A stretch of 64,000 bases of DNA, taken from Octopus vulgaris (Eukaryota). Each line of letters starts with the position of its first letter. Positions within the stretch are counted from its first letter, which is position 1. This document shows, one piece after another, positions 1 through 13,056 of this stretch. The position numbers and the translations under genes were made by a program. The stretch lies in the NCBI GenBank assembly GCA_951406725.2, contig OX597822.1, forward strand, positions 71,734,001 through 71,798,000, in the 5' to 3' direction. A model generated the notes under the pieces. That model saw only the letters and a program-made list of their open reading frames with translations, was not told the DNA's origin and did not search any database.

Positions 1-191
1 CATTTTTGGCAAATTTTGCGTTCTTTTACTGGTGTTCTTCTACTTGTGTTGGGTCTGTGATGGTTGGTGGCTACAATATTGGCGGCGGTGATAGTGGTGG
101 TGGTGGTGGTGGTGGTAGATGTGATTGTGAAGGTTATGGTGAACCATGGTATTGATGGTGGGAATGGTAAACGTTAGGTTGTTAAGGAATC
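1..191 (-). other. Candidate exon of a minus-strand gene leaving the window, with a possible ATG at 3-1
   Basis: The minus strand shows a long pyrimidine tract then CAG at 194-192; the window edge reads GCCAAAAATG. No homology is recognisable. Confidence 0.25.
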
Positions 192-625
192 CTGTTGATG
201 GATTCAGAGAATAGGCAGAGAGACAGAAAATTGCCAAGAAATAAGAGGAAGTAAAATGAAACAAAATGGGGTGGGGAAAAAAATGACTTTGTTGTAGGCA
301 TTCCATGTCACAATATGAGGGATATAGACCATTCCATGCCCTCAGTAGCATCTCACCCTCATCCTTTCTTGCCCTCTCTCTCTCTCTCTCTTTCATTCTG
401 TCTCATTCCCTCTCCTTGTCTCTACGTTTTTTTTTTATCTGTTCATCATCAGAAAGAAAATGGAGGGAAAAGAAGGGAAAAAAATAGCAGAAAAAATACC
501 AACACAATGATGATAATAATAATAATAATAAAATAGTAATATTAATTTCTTTTATTTGCCAAATAATAATAAATGATAAAAATAATGACAATAATAAAAT
601 AGTAATAAAAATTATGGTGATTCAA

Positions 626-643
626 ATAATAATAATAATAATG

Positions 644-716
<73 letters not shown>

Positions 717-790
717 CAACAACAACAACAATAAAGAACAACAACACTGACAATGATGATGATGATGATGATGATGATGATGCTGATGAT
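626..790. repeat. Compound (AAT)n/(AAC)n/(GAT)n microsatellite
   Basis: Direct reading; it generates the poly-I and poly-L ORFs. Confidence 0.95.
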
Positions 791-1484
791 TATAAGGAAA
801 TTTGTATTTGAGTTTTTTCTTCATCTTATAGATGAATTTATCTATCAGATGTATTTATATGACATCTAGACCTTTATTGACAATAATTCCCTTCTACCAC
901 GACAACAACAACAGCAACAGCAACAATGAGAGCGAGGAGATGTAGCGAGGTGGGGAGACAGAGAATAAAAACCTGGAAACCAAAGAAAACCCCTGGAAAA
1001 AAAGGAAAAGATGAAGGGTTGGCTGCTTTAGTGGGACCCTGACTTACACATCGATCCCCCACCTTTTTTTCCCAACCCATACCCCCCTCCCCGCTGAACA
1101 CCTCCACCACCACCACCACCTTCACCACTTCCTCTCCCTTAGCTTTCAGATAATTCTTGCTCCCCTCACCCCCCCCCCCGTCCACCTTCATCTGCCATGT
1201 GCGTTATTTATTAGTCATGTCCATTATTGTCAGGTTGATGCTTGAGGGGCTGGAGGTGGTGATGGCAGTGGTGATGGTGTTGATGATGGTGGTGGTTGTG
1301 ATAGTGGTGATGGCAATGGTGGTGGTGGTGGTGGTGGTGGTGATGGTGGCGGCGGCGGTGGCAGTGGCAGTTGGTGGTGTGGCTCCTGTTGTTGGTAGCG
1401 ATGGTTGCGGAGTGGGGGATGTCTGACTCAGATTGGTTTGAACAAGAATGATGACGGAATTGGGTTCTGGATGTCTGGATTTTG

Positions 1485-1521
<37 letters not shown>

Positions 1522-1924
1522 ATGTGTGAGTGTGTGTGCATGCGCATGTGTGTCTGCATATGTGCAGATGTGTGTGTGTGGATATATGTGTGTGTGTGTA
1601 TGCGCATATGCGCTTGTGTGTATGCATATGTGTAGATGTTTGTGCATAGATGTATGTGTGTATGTGTGTGTGTGTGTAGGCATGTGTGTGTTTGTGTGTG
1701 TATGTTAAACAGTATCCGTGTGTCAGTAAGGTTATGCCACTTCTGTTGATATTTTGCACTACAGAGTTTAGGCATTGAGTATTGTGTTGTGTAAGTTCTC
1801 AGCTTGTGTTTGTGTGCTTCTTCTATGTTATAAACATCTGTCTGCTTGTAGATTTGTAAGACAGTGTCTATCAGAAGTGAGGCATGTGTGCCTGTAAAAT
1901 GTATGCGCATGTGTGTGTGTATTA

Positions 1925-3023
1925 CTCTTTTACTCTCTTTTAGTCAAGCAAATCAACCCCAGGACTTACTCTTTGTAAGCCTAATACTTATTCTATCGGT
2001 CTCTTTTGCCGAACCGCTAAGTTACGGGGACATAAACACACCAACATCGGTTGTCAAGCGATGTTGGGAGGACAAACATAGACACACAAACATATACATA
2101 CATTATCATCATCATCATCATCATTTAACGTCCGTTTTCCATGCTAGCATGGGTTGGATGGTTTTGACTGAGGGCTGGCAACCAGATGGCTGCACCAGGC
2201 TCCAGTCTTGATCTGGCAGAGTTTCTACAGCTGGATGCCCTTCCTAATGCCAGCCACTCCGAAAGTGTAGTGGGTCCTTTTTACATGCCACCTGCACGGG
2301 GGCCAGTCAGGCGGTACTGGCAATGACCTCGCTCGAATCTTTTTACACGTGCCACCGACACAGGTGCCAGTGAAGCGACGTTGGTAATGATCACGCTCGA
2401 ATGGTGCTCTTTTACGTGCCATGGGTACGGAAGCCAGTTGGCTGCTCTGGCAACGATCACAACGATCATGCTCAGATGGTGTTCTTGGCACCCTACTAGC
2501 ACAGGCATAAGTGCCAGTAAGGCGACGCTGGTAACGATCATACTCGAATAGCCGCTCTGTCAACGATCACACTCGTGTGGTGCTCTTTGTACCCTGCTAG
2601 CACAGATGCCAGTCATCGAAGTGATTTTGATTTTGATTTTGATTTTGATTTCATTTCATTTGCCTCAACAGGTCTTCGCAAGCAAAGTTTAGTGACCAAA
2701 GAAGGAAAAGCTACGCATAAGCGGGCTGGTTATGCTCCTGGCATAGGCCACGGGTTATGGTTTCATCTGGCTTGCCGGGTCTTCTTGAGCACAGCATATT
2801 TCCAAAGGACTCGGTTGCTAGTCATTTCCTTGGTGAGGCCTAATGTTTGATGGTCGTGCTTCACCACGGGCTTCTTTCAGTTTCCGTCTACCAAATCCAC
2901 TCACAAGGCTTTGGTCAGCCCGAGGCTATAGTAAAAGACACTTGCCCAAGGTGCCACGAAGTGGGACTGAACCTGGAACCATGTGGTTGGTAAGCAAGCT
3001 ACTTACCACATAGCCACTCCTGC
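1925..3023 (-). mobile_element. tRNA-derived SINE family A copy, split by an RTE 3' fragment
   Basis: Its 3' half (1925-2100) and 5' half (about 2866-3023) match the intact copies at 6886 and 56550. Confidence 0.8.
2103..2866 (-). mobile_element. RTE-like LINE 3' end: ORF C-terminus, long 3' UTR with internal repeats, (GAT)n tail
   Basis: The minus strand encodes VVKHDHQTLGLTKEMTSNRVLWKYAVLKKTRQAR*, followed by the GGAAGGGCATCCAGCTGTAGAAA tail motif seen many times in the window. Confidence 0.7.
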
Positions 3024-4718
3024 ACCTGTGTGTGTGTTTAAAATAGAATTTGTACTGAGACTAACGTGAACATGAAATGTTTCCGTATGTGCACACTGTA
3101 CATAATGCATATTGAGAGTTTTCCCTCTGTGTGTTTACACTGAGTTTGTATGTGTTGGCGGTATGCGCATCATCGTCATCATCATTTAACGTCCGTTTTC
3201 CATGCTGGCATGGATTGGAAGGGCTGTTCAGGCTCCATGTATGTTTTTTGCGTGGCTTTCTATGGTTGGGTGCCCTTCCTGACACCAACCACTTAACAGA
3301 GTGTGCTGGGTGCTTCTTTTCTACTCTAGGCACAAGGCCCGAAATATTGGGGGAAGGGGCCAGTCGATTAGAGCGGCCCCAGTATGTAACTGGTACTTAA
3401 TTTATTGACCCTGAAAGGATGAAAGGCGAAGTCCTGTGGTACATGGTTTAACTTCCAAATATTTATGAAGAGGTCATGCAGTTTCTTAAAAAGCTTCTGT
3501 CCACCATGTTTGTAGATTTCAGGAGGGACAGCATTCGTGCCAGGCGTTATACCAGAAGAGATCTGTTTAATAGAGTTTACCATTTCCAGAAAAGTTGGCT
3601 CCAGAGACAGTTCTGGTATTACAGTATGCTGTGGAACAGACATTATGACAATGTCATTAGTGACTGAGGTGGTGTTCAACACAGCTTCAAAGTGATCTTT
3701 CCATCATTTTAGGATGTCGGATTTGTCTGTCAGCAGTGTCTTTCTATTCGATGAAAAAACAGGAGCAACACCATGCTCTTGAGGACCATACACTTTCTTG
3801 AGGCCATCATAAAAGGCTTTAGAATCTTCTCTGTCTGCAGCTTCTTGGAGCTCAGTAGCCTTGGAAGGCCACTAAGCCTCCTTCATCTGTCTCAGAGCAT
3901 GTTGGACTTGGCCTTTGTATTTCTTATAAGCATTCTCTTATCCATCTTTTGCGAGGAGCTGTGCACTTTATCTATCAACTGTTGGACATCTGCGTTGTTA
4001 TTGTTGAACCATTCTTGATGTTTATGAACAAGAAGTCTAAGAACCTCTACAGATGTAGAGAGTGTTGCATCATGCAGAGCCTTCCAAGATGATTCTATGT
4101 CATCATTGAGATCACCAGTGTTGAGTGCATGGTCCAACTTGATTAAAGAGCTCAGCCTGCTTTTCAACAGTTTTCAATAGCAGAACATTAATGTGCCTAG
4201 ACACTGATGACTTTGGTAGTCTTGTGTGTGTAAGATGGACTGTAGCCTTCCTACGGAGAAGAGAATGGTCAGAGAGATAGCAGGTGTTATGAAAGCAATG
4301 TGTAATGCTAAAGTCCCTAATATCTTGTTTCTTAGTGATAACATAGTCTATGAGATGCCAATCCTTAGATCTAGGATGCATCCAGGTCGTCTTACAACAA
4401 CTTCGCTGTTGAAAAAGGATATTTGTGGTGCTTAGACTGAATTCCTTGCAGATGGAGAGCACATGCAGATTGCTGGAGTTCATTTGACCTACACCATGGC
4501 CACCAAGTATGTCCTCCCATGCCTGATTGTCAGTACCAACACGAGTGTTAGTCACTCATTAGGTGACAACTGGAGATGACATCACAGAGTTGGTTGTAAA
4601 ATTCATCCTTTTCCTGCTCAGTGCCGACCATGGTTGGGGCATAGCAACTGACAAGCATAGCATGAATGCTGTGATCAAGTTCCAACATTCATGTCATGAT
4701 GCAATCAGAAATACCCAA

Positions 4719-4953
4719 GGCGGTTAGCTGGCAGAGGCGTTAGCATGCCGGGTGAAATGCTTTGCGGTATTTCGTCTGTCTTTACGTTCTGAGTTCAAAT
4801 TCCGCCGAGGACGACTTTGCATTTCGTCCTTTCGGGGTCGATAAATTAAATACCAGTTGCACACTAGGGTCGATGTAATTGACTTAATCCCTTTGTCTGT
4901 CCTTGTTTGTCCCCTCTATGTTTAACCCCTTGTGGGCAATAAATAAATAAGAA
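4719..4953 (+). mobile_element. SINE family B (Meta/MESC-like central domain) inside the RTE LINE
   Basis: A/B-box-like head and the tcctttcggggtcgataaattaaatacc core; agaaatacc is repeated on both sides. Confidence 0.85.
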
Positions 4954-5069
4954 ATACCTTTGGGTAGAGAAAGAATGGATCTAGCTATTTCTGTTTTGAT
5001 GGCAAAACCAACACCAGAGTGACATGGCTCGTCTTCATTTCTTCCACACCAGAAAAATATGTATCCACC

Positions 5070-5385
5070 GACATGTAAAAAGCACCATCTGTATGTGGCC
5101 GATGCCAGCGCCACCTTGACTGGCTTCCGTGCCGGTGGCACGTAAAAAGCACCAACCGATCGTGGCTGTTGCCAGCCTCCCCTGGCACCTGTGCCGGTGG
5201 CATGTAAAAAGCACCTACTACACTCACGAAGTGATTGGCGTTAGGAAGGGCATCCAGCTGTAGAAACGCTGCCAGATCAGACTGGAGCCTGGTGCAGCCT
5301 CCTGGCTTCCCAGACCCCGGTTGAACTGTCCAACCCATGCTAGCATGGAAAACGGACGTTAAACAATGATGATGATGATGATGAT
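5070..5385 (+). mobile_element. RTE 3' UTR fragment with (GAT)n tail
   Basis: Same tail family as 2103-2866 and 14770-15475. Confidence 0.75.
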
Positions 5386-6627
5386 TTATTTTTTTCTAAC
5401 TGTGATGATCCTGCAAGACAAGGCTGTATTTCTTTAGTTTAAGGGCAACCAGTGCTGTTTTTCATTCTGAGGCTGACCTGTCTTGGAGAGTACACACATT
5501 CCAAGAGCTAAGGTTAATATTCGTAGATTTCTTTGTGTTTCAGCTGTGTTACTGAATAACCAAACAGCTACAGCGGGCTGACAAGTTTAATGTGGGTAAG
5601 CAATGTTTGGGGCTCCTTTTCTCACCCCTCCTCTTGTTGGAGAAAGTGGTGCTGTGTCTAAATAGACTTGCATCGTCATCACTGGGGAACATGGACAGCA
5701 CAGTTACTCGCAAGTTCTGTGCTGGAACAGTCATCACTGAATGGTCACCAACTGTGTAGAGATCCAGCAAATGAATTCCAGTTATATCCTTTACCTGTCC
5801 CAGCCACTTTCACTTTCTCACCTGAGGATTTTTTGAGCTATGCCATATTGAATGAATAAATGTAAAGTATCAGAAAATCCACACATATGATTTCATTTGA
5901 GTGTTGAAGGCTTGTGTAGAACTAGCCACACATTTTGGAAGTGACGATAGCAAGAATATGGTGCACATATGAGTCGCAATACCAAGAACAACACTCCTCA
6001 GGTTTTTTCTTCAGAGGTTTCCATCACCTGGACGATGGATTATATATGCATACATACATGTGACAGGCTTTTACACAATTTCCATCTACCAAATTCATTT
6101 ATAAGGCACGTGTCAACCAAGGCGCCATGCAGTAAGATAGATCCCAAAACCATGTGGCTGCCAAGCATGTGTAAAGGCTTCCAAATAATTGCTTCATGGA
6201 ACAACAAAATGAGAGAAACTGAACAGGAAAAGCAAAAATTTGCATATTTAATTTACTTAGTAAAAATATAGCTTAGGAGAAAATTCTGGAATTCTTGTGA
6301 AACACTTTCTTTGCACTCCCTTATCAGAGTATTAATTAAACAGTATTATATTTAACGATGACAATATTTATTGCAACAAAGAATAGTATGTTTTATTTAA
6401 TCTTGTTTTAACTTAATAAATCTTAATATTTTAAAAATTAGATTAATTTTCATTATATTGTATAAACACCAAGAAATTTGTAAAATGTAAATTTGTAATA
6501 TCATTCCTATGAAACATTAACTGATGTTACTGATACAACCAAAAGTATATTTCCAACATTAAAGCAATATTATTCTGTGATAAGTAGATCTCTACTAATA
6601 ATGCTTATTTTTGGTTGGTTGGTCATC

Positions 6628-7378
6628 ATAATCCTTTCGTTGCCAACCCGGCTGAAACCAGTTCTGGCTTTGTAGTACAAATGTCTTGTTTTCATATGTT
6701 TTGAATTAACATCTTCCACCAAACCTTAGTCACAATTTATGTTCCTAACACTAGCTTAATGATAACTAAGTTATTTTATTAAATTCTTTATTATATTTAA
6801 AATTAATTGAAAGAAATGTGAAACATCTCAACAAAAAGGTTAAAATATATAATAGAGAAACAATTCTTAACCCTTTCATTACCAACCCAGGAGTGGCTGT
6901 GTGGTAAGTAGCTTGCTTACCAACCACATGGTTCCGGGTTCAGTCCCACTGTGTGGTACCTTGGTCAAGTGTCTTCTACTATAGCCTCGGGCCGACCAAA
7001 GCCTTGTGAGTGGATTTGGTAGACGGAAACTGAAAGAAGCCCGTTGTATATATGTATATATATGCATGTGTGTGTTTGTGTGTCTGTGTTTGTCCCCCTA
7101 GTATTGCTTGACAACCGATGCTGGTGTGTTTATGTCCCCGTCACTTAGCGGTTCGGCAAAAGAGACCAATAGAATAAGTACTGGGCTTACAAAGAATAAG
7201 TCCCGGGGTCGAGTTGCTCGATTAAAGGTGGTGCTCCAGCATGGCTGCAGTCAAATGACTGAAACAAGTAAAAGAGTAAAGAGAGTAACCCAGCTGAAAC
7301 TGTCTCTGGCTCTGTAATACAAATGTCTTGTTTTCAAAAGTTTTGAATTAAAATCTTCCATCAAACCTTAGTCACAAT
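6628..7378 (+). mobile_element. Tandem piggyBac-like MITE units (TTAACCCTTT...AAAGGGTTAA)
   Basis: TTAA plus CCC termini; the same ~215 bp unit occurs at 29498, 29921, 30549 and 31220. Confidence 0.7.
6890..7226 (+). mobile_element. Near full-length SINE family A with aacccag TSD
   Basis: A box TGGCTGTGTGG, B box GGTTCAGTCCC, internal TA/TG tract and (GTAAAAGA)n tail; aacccag on both sides. Confidence 0.9.
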
Positions 7379-7950
7379 GTGAAATTTTGTGCTAAACTTG
7401 GGAAGTCTGCTACAGAGGTATTGAGCATGCTTCAGCAAGCTTATGGTGATGAGGCAATGGGTTTTAGGCAATATTTTGAGTAACACAGGTGCTTCAAAAG
7501 AGGAAGAACATCCCTGGAAGATGATGAACGATCTGGATGACCTGCCATGAGTGCCACCCCTGGAAATGTGGTATTGTGCATCGAGAATTCGTCCCTGCCC
7601 CCCAGGGCCAAACTATCAATCGAGGGTTCTACTGTGATATTTTGAAGCATTTGCGGGTGGACATTCAGCGAAAGTGACCAGATCTGTGGAGCACAAGGAA
7701 ATGGATTCTTTCCAATGACAACTGCACCCTGTCACTGAACTGACCTCACTCTTGAGTTCCTCACCAAAAAACAACATGGTATTACTTCTGCACTCTGCAC
7801 TCGCTGTATTCACCAGATTTAGCACCTGCAGACTTCCAGATCTTTTACAAGATGAAAATGCAGCTAAAAGGTCACCGTTTTAATAACATTGTTAAAGTCC
7901 AGAGCGAATCACAGAAGGTCCTCAACTCTCTTACTGAAAAACGACTTCTC
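7376..7950 (+). pseudogene. Internally deleted mariner transposase remnant
   Basis: VKFCAKLGKSATEVLSMLQQAYGDEAM, GRTSLEDDERSG, GQTINRGFYCDILKHLR, YSPDLAPADF and MKMQLKGHRF. Confidence 0.9.
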
Positions 7951-8056
7951 TACTAATAATGCTTATTGATGATGGTGGTGGTGGCAATAGTGGTGGTGGT
8001 GGTGGTGATGATGATGATGATGATTCCCTCTGTACTTGCTGTATTTTTAGGCCTAC

Positions 8057-8262
8057 CATATTCTTTCCTCCTTTGCAGTAGAACCAGTTTGCTCTGAGCA
8101 TAGTCCTATTCTGTTTTTCCTTTATGGTAAGCAGATAAATAATGATTTTATTCTTCACTAGCTTATGGATTTCAGAATATGCTGTGCCTGCTTCACAAAG
8201 AATGGTAATTTGATTTTTAATATCCACATCAACGTAGAATTTCTTTTTCTACGAAGGCTTAT
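8057..8262 (-). other. Candidate non-coding (UTR or lncRNA) exon
   Basis: Minus-strand acceptor TTTTCTTTTTCTTTTGTGTTAG and donor ATG|GTAGGC; all three frames contain stops. Confidence 0.35.
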
Positions 8263-8674
8263 CTAACACAAAAGAAAAAGAAAATAAAAATATATACATA
8301 ACTTAATCTAACAATCCAATTTGTAATTAGAAAGATTTCAGCAAAAAACCCATTAAAACAGATTTCTTGTACACTTCCATTTAAAAGAAACATAAAAATA
8401 CATTTCTTGACATTTTAAATACTTTTTACAATTCAAGATAACCTTATCTTCCACACATACATACACCAATGTATGTACATGTATATACACACACACATAC
8501 ACACACATGTGCACACATACACACACACACATTTACATTTATCTTCACACATGCATGTTCTCCCTCACAGTTGCTCACAGAATCCACGCTATGCCACACA
8601 AATGTGTATCTGCGACACATATACACACATCAGCGTGTACATTCTCTTTTCCTCTCTCACTCTCCCTCTTTCTT

Positions 8675-8707
<33 letters not shown>

Positions 8708-9002
8708 ATCACATACATTCTCACTTATATCCATACAAATATGAATATAGAATATGTATACTAGAAGACAAACAGACAGACCTGTTGCAGACATGGAGTA
8801 GAGAGGGCATGACATTGCCAAAGCAGTAAATGGTGACGAAAGATTTTTGACATACCTAGTTGATTGATTAATTGGCCAAATGAATAATCCAATGATTGAT
8901 TAGTCAACTGGTTAACCAATTGGCTAAAAAGTAAGAAAATAAAAAAAATAAAGTGAAATAAAGCCAGTGCATGTTAATTCTTGGCATTATGATCCTTCCT
9001 TA

Positions 9003-9328
9003 TGAAGGTGCATGGCTTAGTGGTTAGGGGTGGTCACTCACGATCATAAAGTCATGAGTTCAATTTCCAATGTCACATTATATCCTTGAGCAAGGTATTT
9101 TATTTTATGTTGCACCTGTCCACTCACCTGGCAAAAATGAGTTGTACCTGTAATTCAAACGGACCAGCCTTGTCACATTCTGTGTCACGCTGAATCTCCC
9201 CGAGAACTGTGTTAAGGGTACACGTGTCCATGGAGTGCTCAGCCACGTGCATGTTAATTTCACAAGCAGGCTGTTCCATTGATTGGATCAACTGGAACTG
9301 TCGTCATCGAAAGCAATCGAGTGCCAGC
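9003..9328 (+). mobile_element. tRNA-derived SINE sharing its 3' part with family C
   Basis: TGGCTTAGTGG A box, GAGTTCAATTTC B box; the tail matches 12500-12670. Confidence 0.75.
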
Positions 9329-9360
9329 TGATGGTCCTCCCAAGATTCAACAAAACCTGT

Positions 9361-9848
9361 CTTTTACTTGTTTTAGTCAGTGAACTGCGGCCATGCTGGA
9401 GCACTTCTTAGAATTTTCAGTCAAAGGAATAGACCCCGGTACTAATTCTATCAGTCACTTTTCCCAAATCACCAAGTTACGGGGATGTAAACACACCAAC
9501 ACCGGTTGTCAAGCTGTGTGGGTGACAAACACAGACACAAAGACAAATGCACATAGATAGATATACATACATACATACATGCATGCATGCATGCATACAC
9601 ACACAGGCACACATACACACACACATACATACATACATACATACATACATGCATACATGCATACATACATATATATATATATATATATGACAGGTTTCTT
9701 TCAGTTTCCATCTACCAAATCAACAAATAAATTCACAATGTTTTGGTTGGTCTGAGGTATAGTAGAAGACACTTACTAGAGGTGCCACGCAGTGGGACTG
9801 AACCCTGAATTATGTGGCTGGGAACCAAGCTTCTTACCACACAGCCAC
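9361..9848 (-). mobile_element. SINE family A, diverged
   Basis: Reverse complement of the family A consensus. Confidence 0.8.
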
Positions 9849-9885
9849 ACACACATATATATATATATATGTATGTATGTATACT

Positions 9886-10262
9886 ATGTCCAAATGAACT
9901 TCGCGCATCTACCAAAGATGATCTTCTTCTCTGAGCTGGCTTCTGGAGCAAAAAACCTTGGAAGGCCACTGAAGTGATACAAGCACAGCCTGAAAACTTT
10001 GCTTGTGGCCTGTGGCATTTCAGTCCATGACTGGGAATTGCTTGCCTCTGACCGTGGCGCCTGGCATCCAGCTGTCCAAAAGGGTGTTAGGCTGTTCAAG
10101 GAAAAGCACTTCAAGAGCCTGGACCAGAAGTGACAAGCCCGAAAAGAGAGGATCCCTAACCCTACTTCTGCTGTTACATGCCCAATATGCGGGCGCGTCT
10201 GCATGGCCACCCTTGGGTTCTGCTCCCACCTCCAGTGTCATTGACGTCATTGTTGAACCCTG
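9886..10262 (+). pseudogene. RTE LINE C-terminal fragment with zinc knuckle
   Basis: LPKMIFFSEL..GRPLK*YKHSLK..WELLASDRGAW..CPICGRVC..H. Confidence 0.85.
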
Positions 10263-10832
10263 ACAGACTTCCATTATTTATTTATGTGTGTCTTTGTGCC
10301 TGTGATTGTTCCCCATCACCACTTCACAGCTGGTGTTGGTATGTTTACATCCCCATAACTTAGCAGTTCAGCATGAGAAACTGATAGAATAAGAGTCAAG
10401 CTCAACAAAAAAGTAAAAAAAAAAAATAATTAAAAATTAACCACTAGCAGTGAATTACATTCAACTAAAATTCACCTCCTGAAGGCGGTGCTGTAGCATG
10501 ACACCAACCTAATGACTGAAACAAGTAAAAGAAAGTCAAAAGGAAAGAATTCATATTCTTCAATCTTTCCTGAAATGTTGGCCAACAAGGACAAAAGATC
10601 AAAGACTGGAAATTCAGTTTTGTTTTCCTTCCTAAAACTCTACAGGAAACTTGGTAAACCATGTTTTTCGTCATAAAAATTCTATTAAAGCAGGTGAATG
10701 AAGTATGGCAGTGTTTTAAGCAAATAACTTTATTTAAATTGCAATATTTATTACACTTTAATATGCTAATTTTACAAAAAAGCTGTTCGACTAAATTATT
10801 TTCTTTCTATTTGTCTCTAGAGTATAGGTAGT

Positions 10833-10834
<2 letters not shown>

Positions 10835-10898
<64 letters not shown>

Positions 10899-11052
10899 TG
10901 TGTGCAGGCATGCAAGTGCATGTGTGTATGTGTGTATGCATGCATGTGTTTTGTCTGTCTGTCTCCATATATGCATGTACTTACATAAATATATATAGGC
11001 ATGCATATGCCTATGTATGTTTCTCTTTCTCTCTCTCTCTCTCTCTCTCTTA

Positions 11053-11092
<40 letters not shown>

Positions 11093-11126
11093 CACATATA
11101 TATATGTACATACATTTATATATGTA

Positions 11127-11167
<41 letters not shown>

Positions 11168-11227
11168 TACATATATATAATATATATATATATGTATGTA
11201 TGTTTGGGTGTGTATGCAAGTATGTTT

Positions 11228-11272
<45 letters not shown>

Positions 11273-11329
11273 TATATATATATCATGCCAGCATGGAAGA
11301 CAAACATTACACAATGATGATGATGATGG

Positions 11330-11372
<43 letters not shown>
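10835..11372. repeat. Compound (GT)n/(CT)n/(TA)n/(GAT)n microsatellites
   Basis: Direct reading. Confidence 0.95.
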
Positions 11373-11629
11373 ATTTTACATGCATGTATGTATGAGTTAT
11401 TTTGGGTTTGGTTATGTAATATATCCTTTTTTTTCTTTTCCTTTTCCTTTTCCCCTTTTTTTAAAAATTTTTTTAAAGACAGTAAAGTGTGAAATGCTTC
11501 TGTTGTTGCCAGCAGGTAAGCAACAGCATAATGGTTTCCTTATTTCCTCTTATGATCATAGTGGTGAAGATACTGAAGCAAAATCAATCGTGAATATATA
11601 ATACTTTTCCCAATATATACATCATTGAT

Positions 11630-11666
<37 letters not shown>

Positions 11667-11668
<2 letters not shown>

Positions 11669-11895
11669 TGTAGGAATGGCTGTGTGGTAAGTAGCTTGCT
11701 TACCAACCACATGGCTCCGGGTTCAGTCCCACTGCGTGGCACCTTGGGCAAGTGTCTTCTACTATAGCTTTGGGCCGACCAAAGCTTCATTCAGTTTCCC
11801 TCTACCAAATCCACTCACAAGGCTTTGGTTGGCCTGAGGCTATAGTAGAAGACACTTGAACCATGTGGTTGGTAAGCAAACTACTTACCCCACAG
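11667..11895. mobile_element. Two inverted SINE A 5' halves forming a fold-back
   Basis: A plus-strand head (11667-11785) is followed directly by a minus-strand head. Confidence 0.75.
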
Positions 11896-12304
11896 AACAT
11901 GTTTTCACAGAAGACTGCAAAGAAGGTCATTGCTTGTGCAATGATGACACTAAGTTACAACTGTCAATACAAGATGACACAGACTTATACACACACACAC
12001 ACACACACATTCACACTGTATTGATGGGCTGAAAGACAGCAAAATATTGATATCCACTGTTTCCGATCATCTACAAGGCTAATTGTCTCACCTGGTCTTA
12101 GATATTCAGCGTTCTTTTACAGTTGGTTTCTTGAAGGGATGTCTCCCCAAGTGCTATCCAGCAGTTATCATCATCATCATCATCATCATCATCGTTTAAT
12201 GTCCGTTCTCCATGCTAAATAGGTGTATAAATAAAACACACGTACCATGCATGTGACATCAACAATAAATGCGCGTGTGTGAATAAATATATATATACAT
12301 ATGT

Positions 12305-12670
12305 GGAGGCGCAATGGCCCAGTGGTTAGGGCAGCGGACTCGAGGTCATAGGATCGCAGTTTTGATTCCCAGTTCGGGGCGTTGTGAGTGTTTATTGAGC
12401 GAAAACACCTAAAGCTCCACGAGGCTCCGGCAGGGGATGGTGGTGATCCCTGCTGTACTCTTTCACCACAACTTTCTCTCACTCTTACTTCCTGCTTCTG
12501 TTGTACCTGTATTTCAAAGGGCCGGCCTTGTCACTCTCTGTGTCACGCTGAATATCCCCGAGAACTACGTTAAGGGTACACGTGTCTGTGGAGTGCTTAC
12601 ACGTTAATTTCACGAGCAGGCTGTTCCGTTGATTCAGATCAACCGGAACCCTCGTCGTTGTGCTTCCATT
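12305..12670 (+). mobile_element. tRNA(Arg)-like SINE family C (possibly an octopus OR-type SINE)
   Basis: Head GGCGCAATGGCCCAGTGGTTAGGGCAGCGGACTCG with a TCG anticodon position; related head at 41599. Confidence 0.8.
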
Positions 12671-12698
12671 CCATATATACATATATAAATAGATATAT

Positions 12699-12874
12699 TC
12701 AAAATGTGACCACATTGTAACGTTGGTGATTTTTTTCCCCTCCGTCTTCCCTTCTTTTTGATTTTTACTTTTCTTGTTTCTGACGAAGAGCTCCTGACCG
12801 TCCAATAATACTATACTTGTTCCACATCCTTGCGTTGTTGTGTTTTCTCTTTGTGTTTTCATGTTTGGATTAAC
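12699..12874 (+). mobile_element. Hammerhead-bearing short element, internally deleted copy
   Basis: Homologous to 14533-14742; keeps GTTT CTGACGA AGAGCTCC but lacks the 3' half of the ribozyme. Confidence 0.75.
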
Positions 12875-12876
12875 AC

Positions 12877-12949
<73 letters not shown>
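12877..12949. repeat. (GATA)n microsatellite
   Basis: Direct reading. Confidence 0.95.
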
Positions 12950-13023
12950 GCTTATGGCAGAGTAAAAACAAAACAAATACTCTATGTATGAATGTATATA
13001 TATGTATGGATGATGATGTATGT

Positions 13024-13056
<33 letters not shown>

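Larger units (their letters stand above)
3431..5535 (-). pseudogene. Decayed RTE-clade LINE (APE endonuclease plus start of RT), interrupted by two insertions
   Basis: Motifs SWNVCTL, SGVGFAIK, TWMHPRSKDWHLIDYVIT, SDHSLL and PPEIYKHGG...LHDLFINIW, with stops and frameshifts. Confidence 0.9.

Noticed and set aside
1204-1910. Mucin-like and His/Thr-rich ORFs
   Set aside because: They are explained by (GGT)n and (GT)n microsatellites and have no domain signal.
12305-12380. tRNA genes at SINE heads (also 36540-36615 and 41599-41665)
   Set aside because: The cloverleaves are degenerate and continue into SINE bodies.
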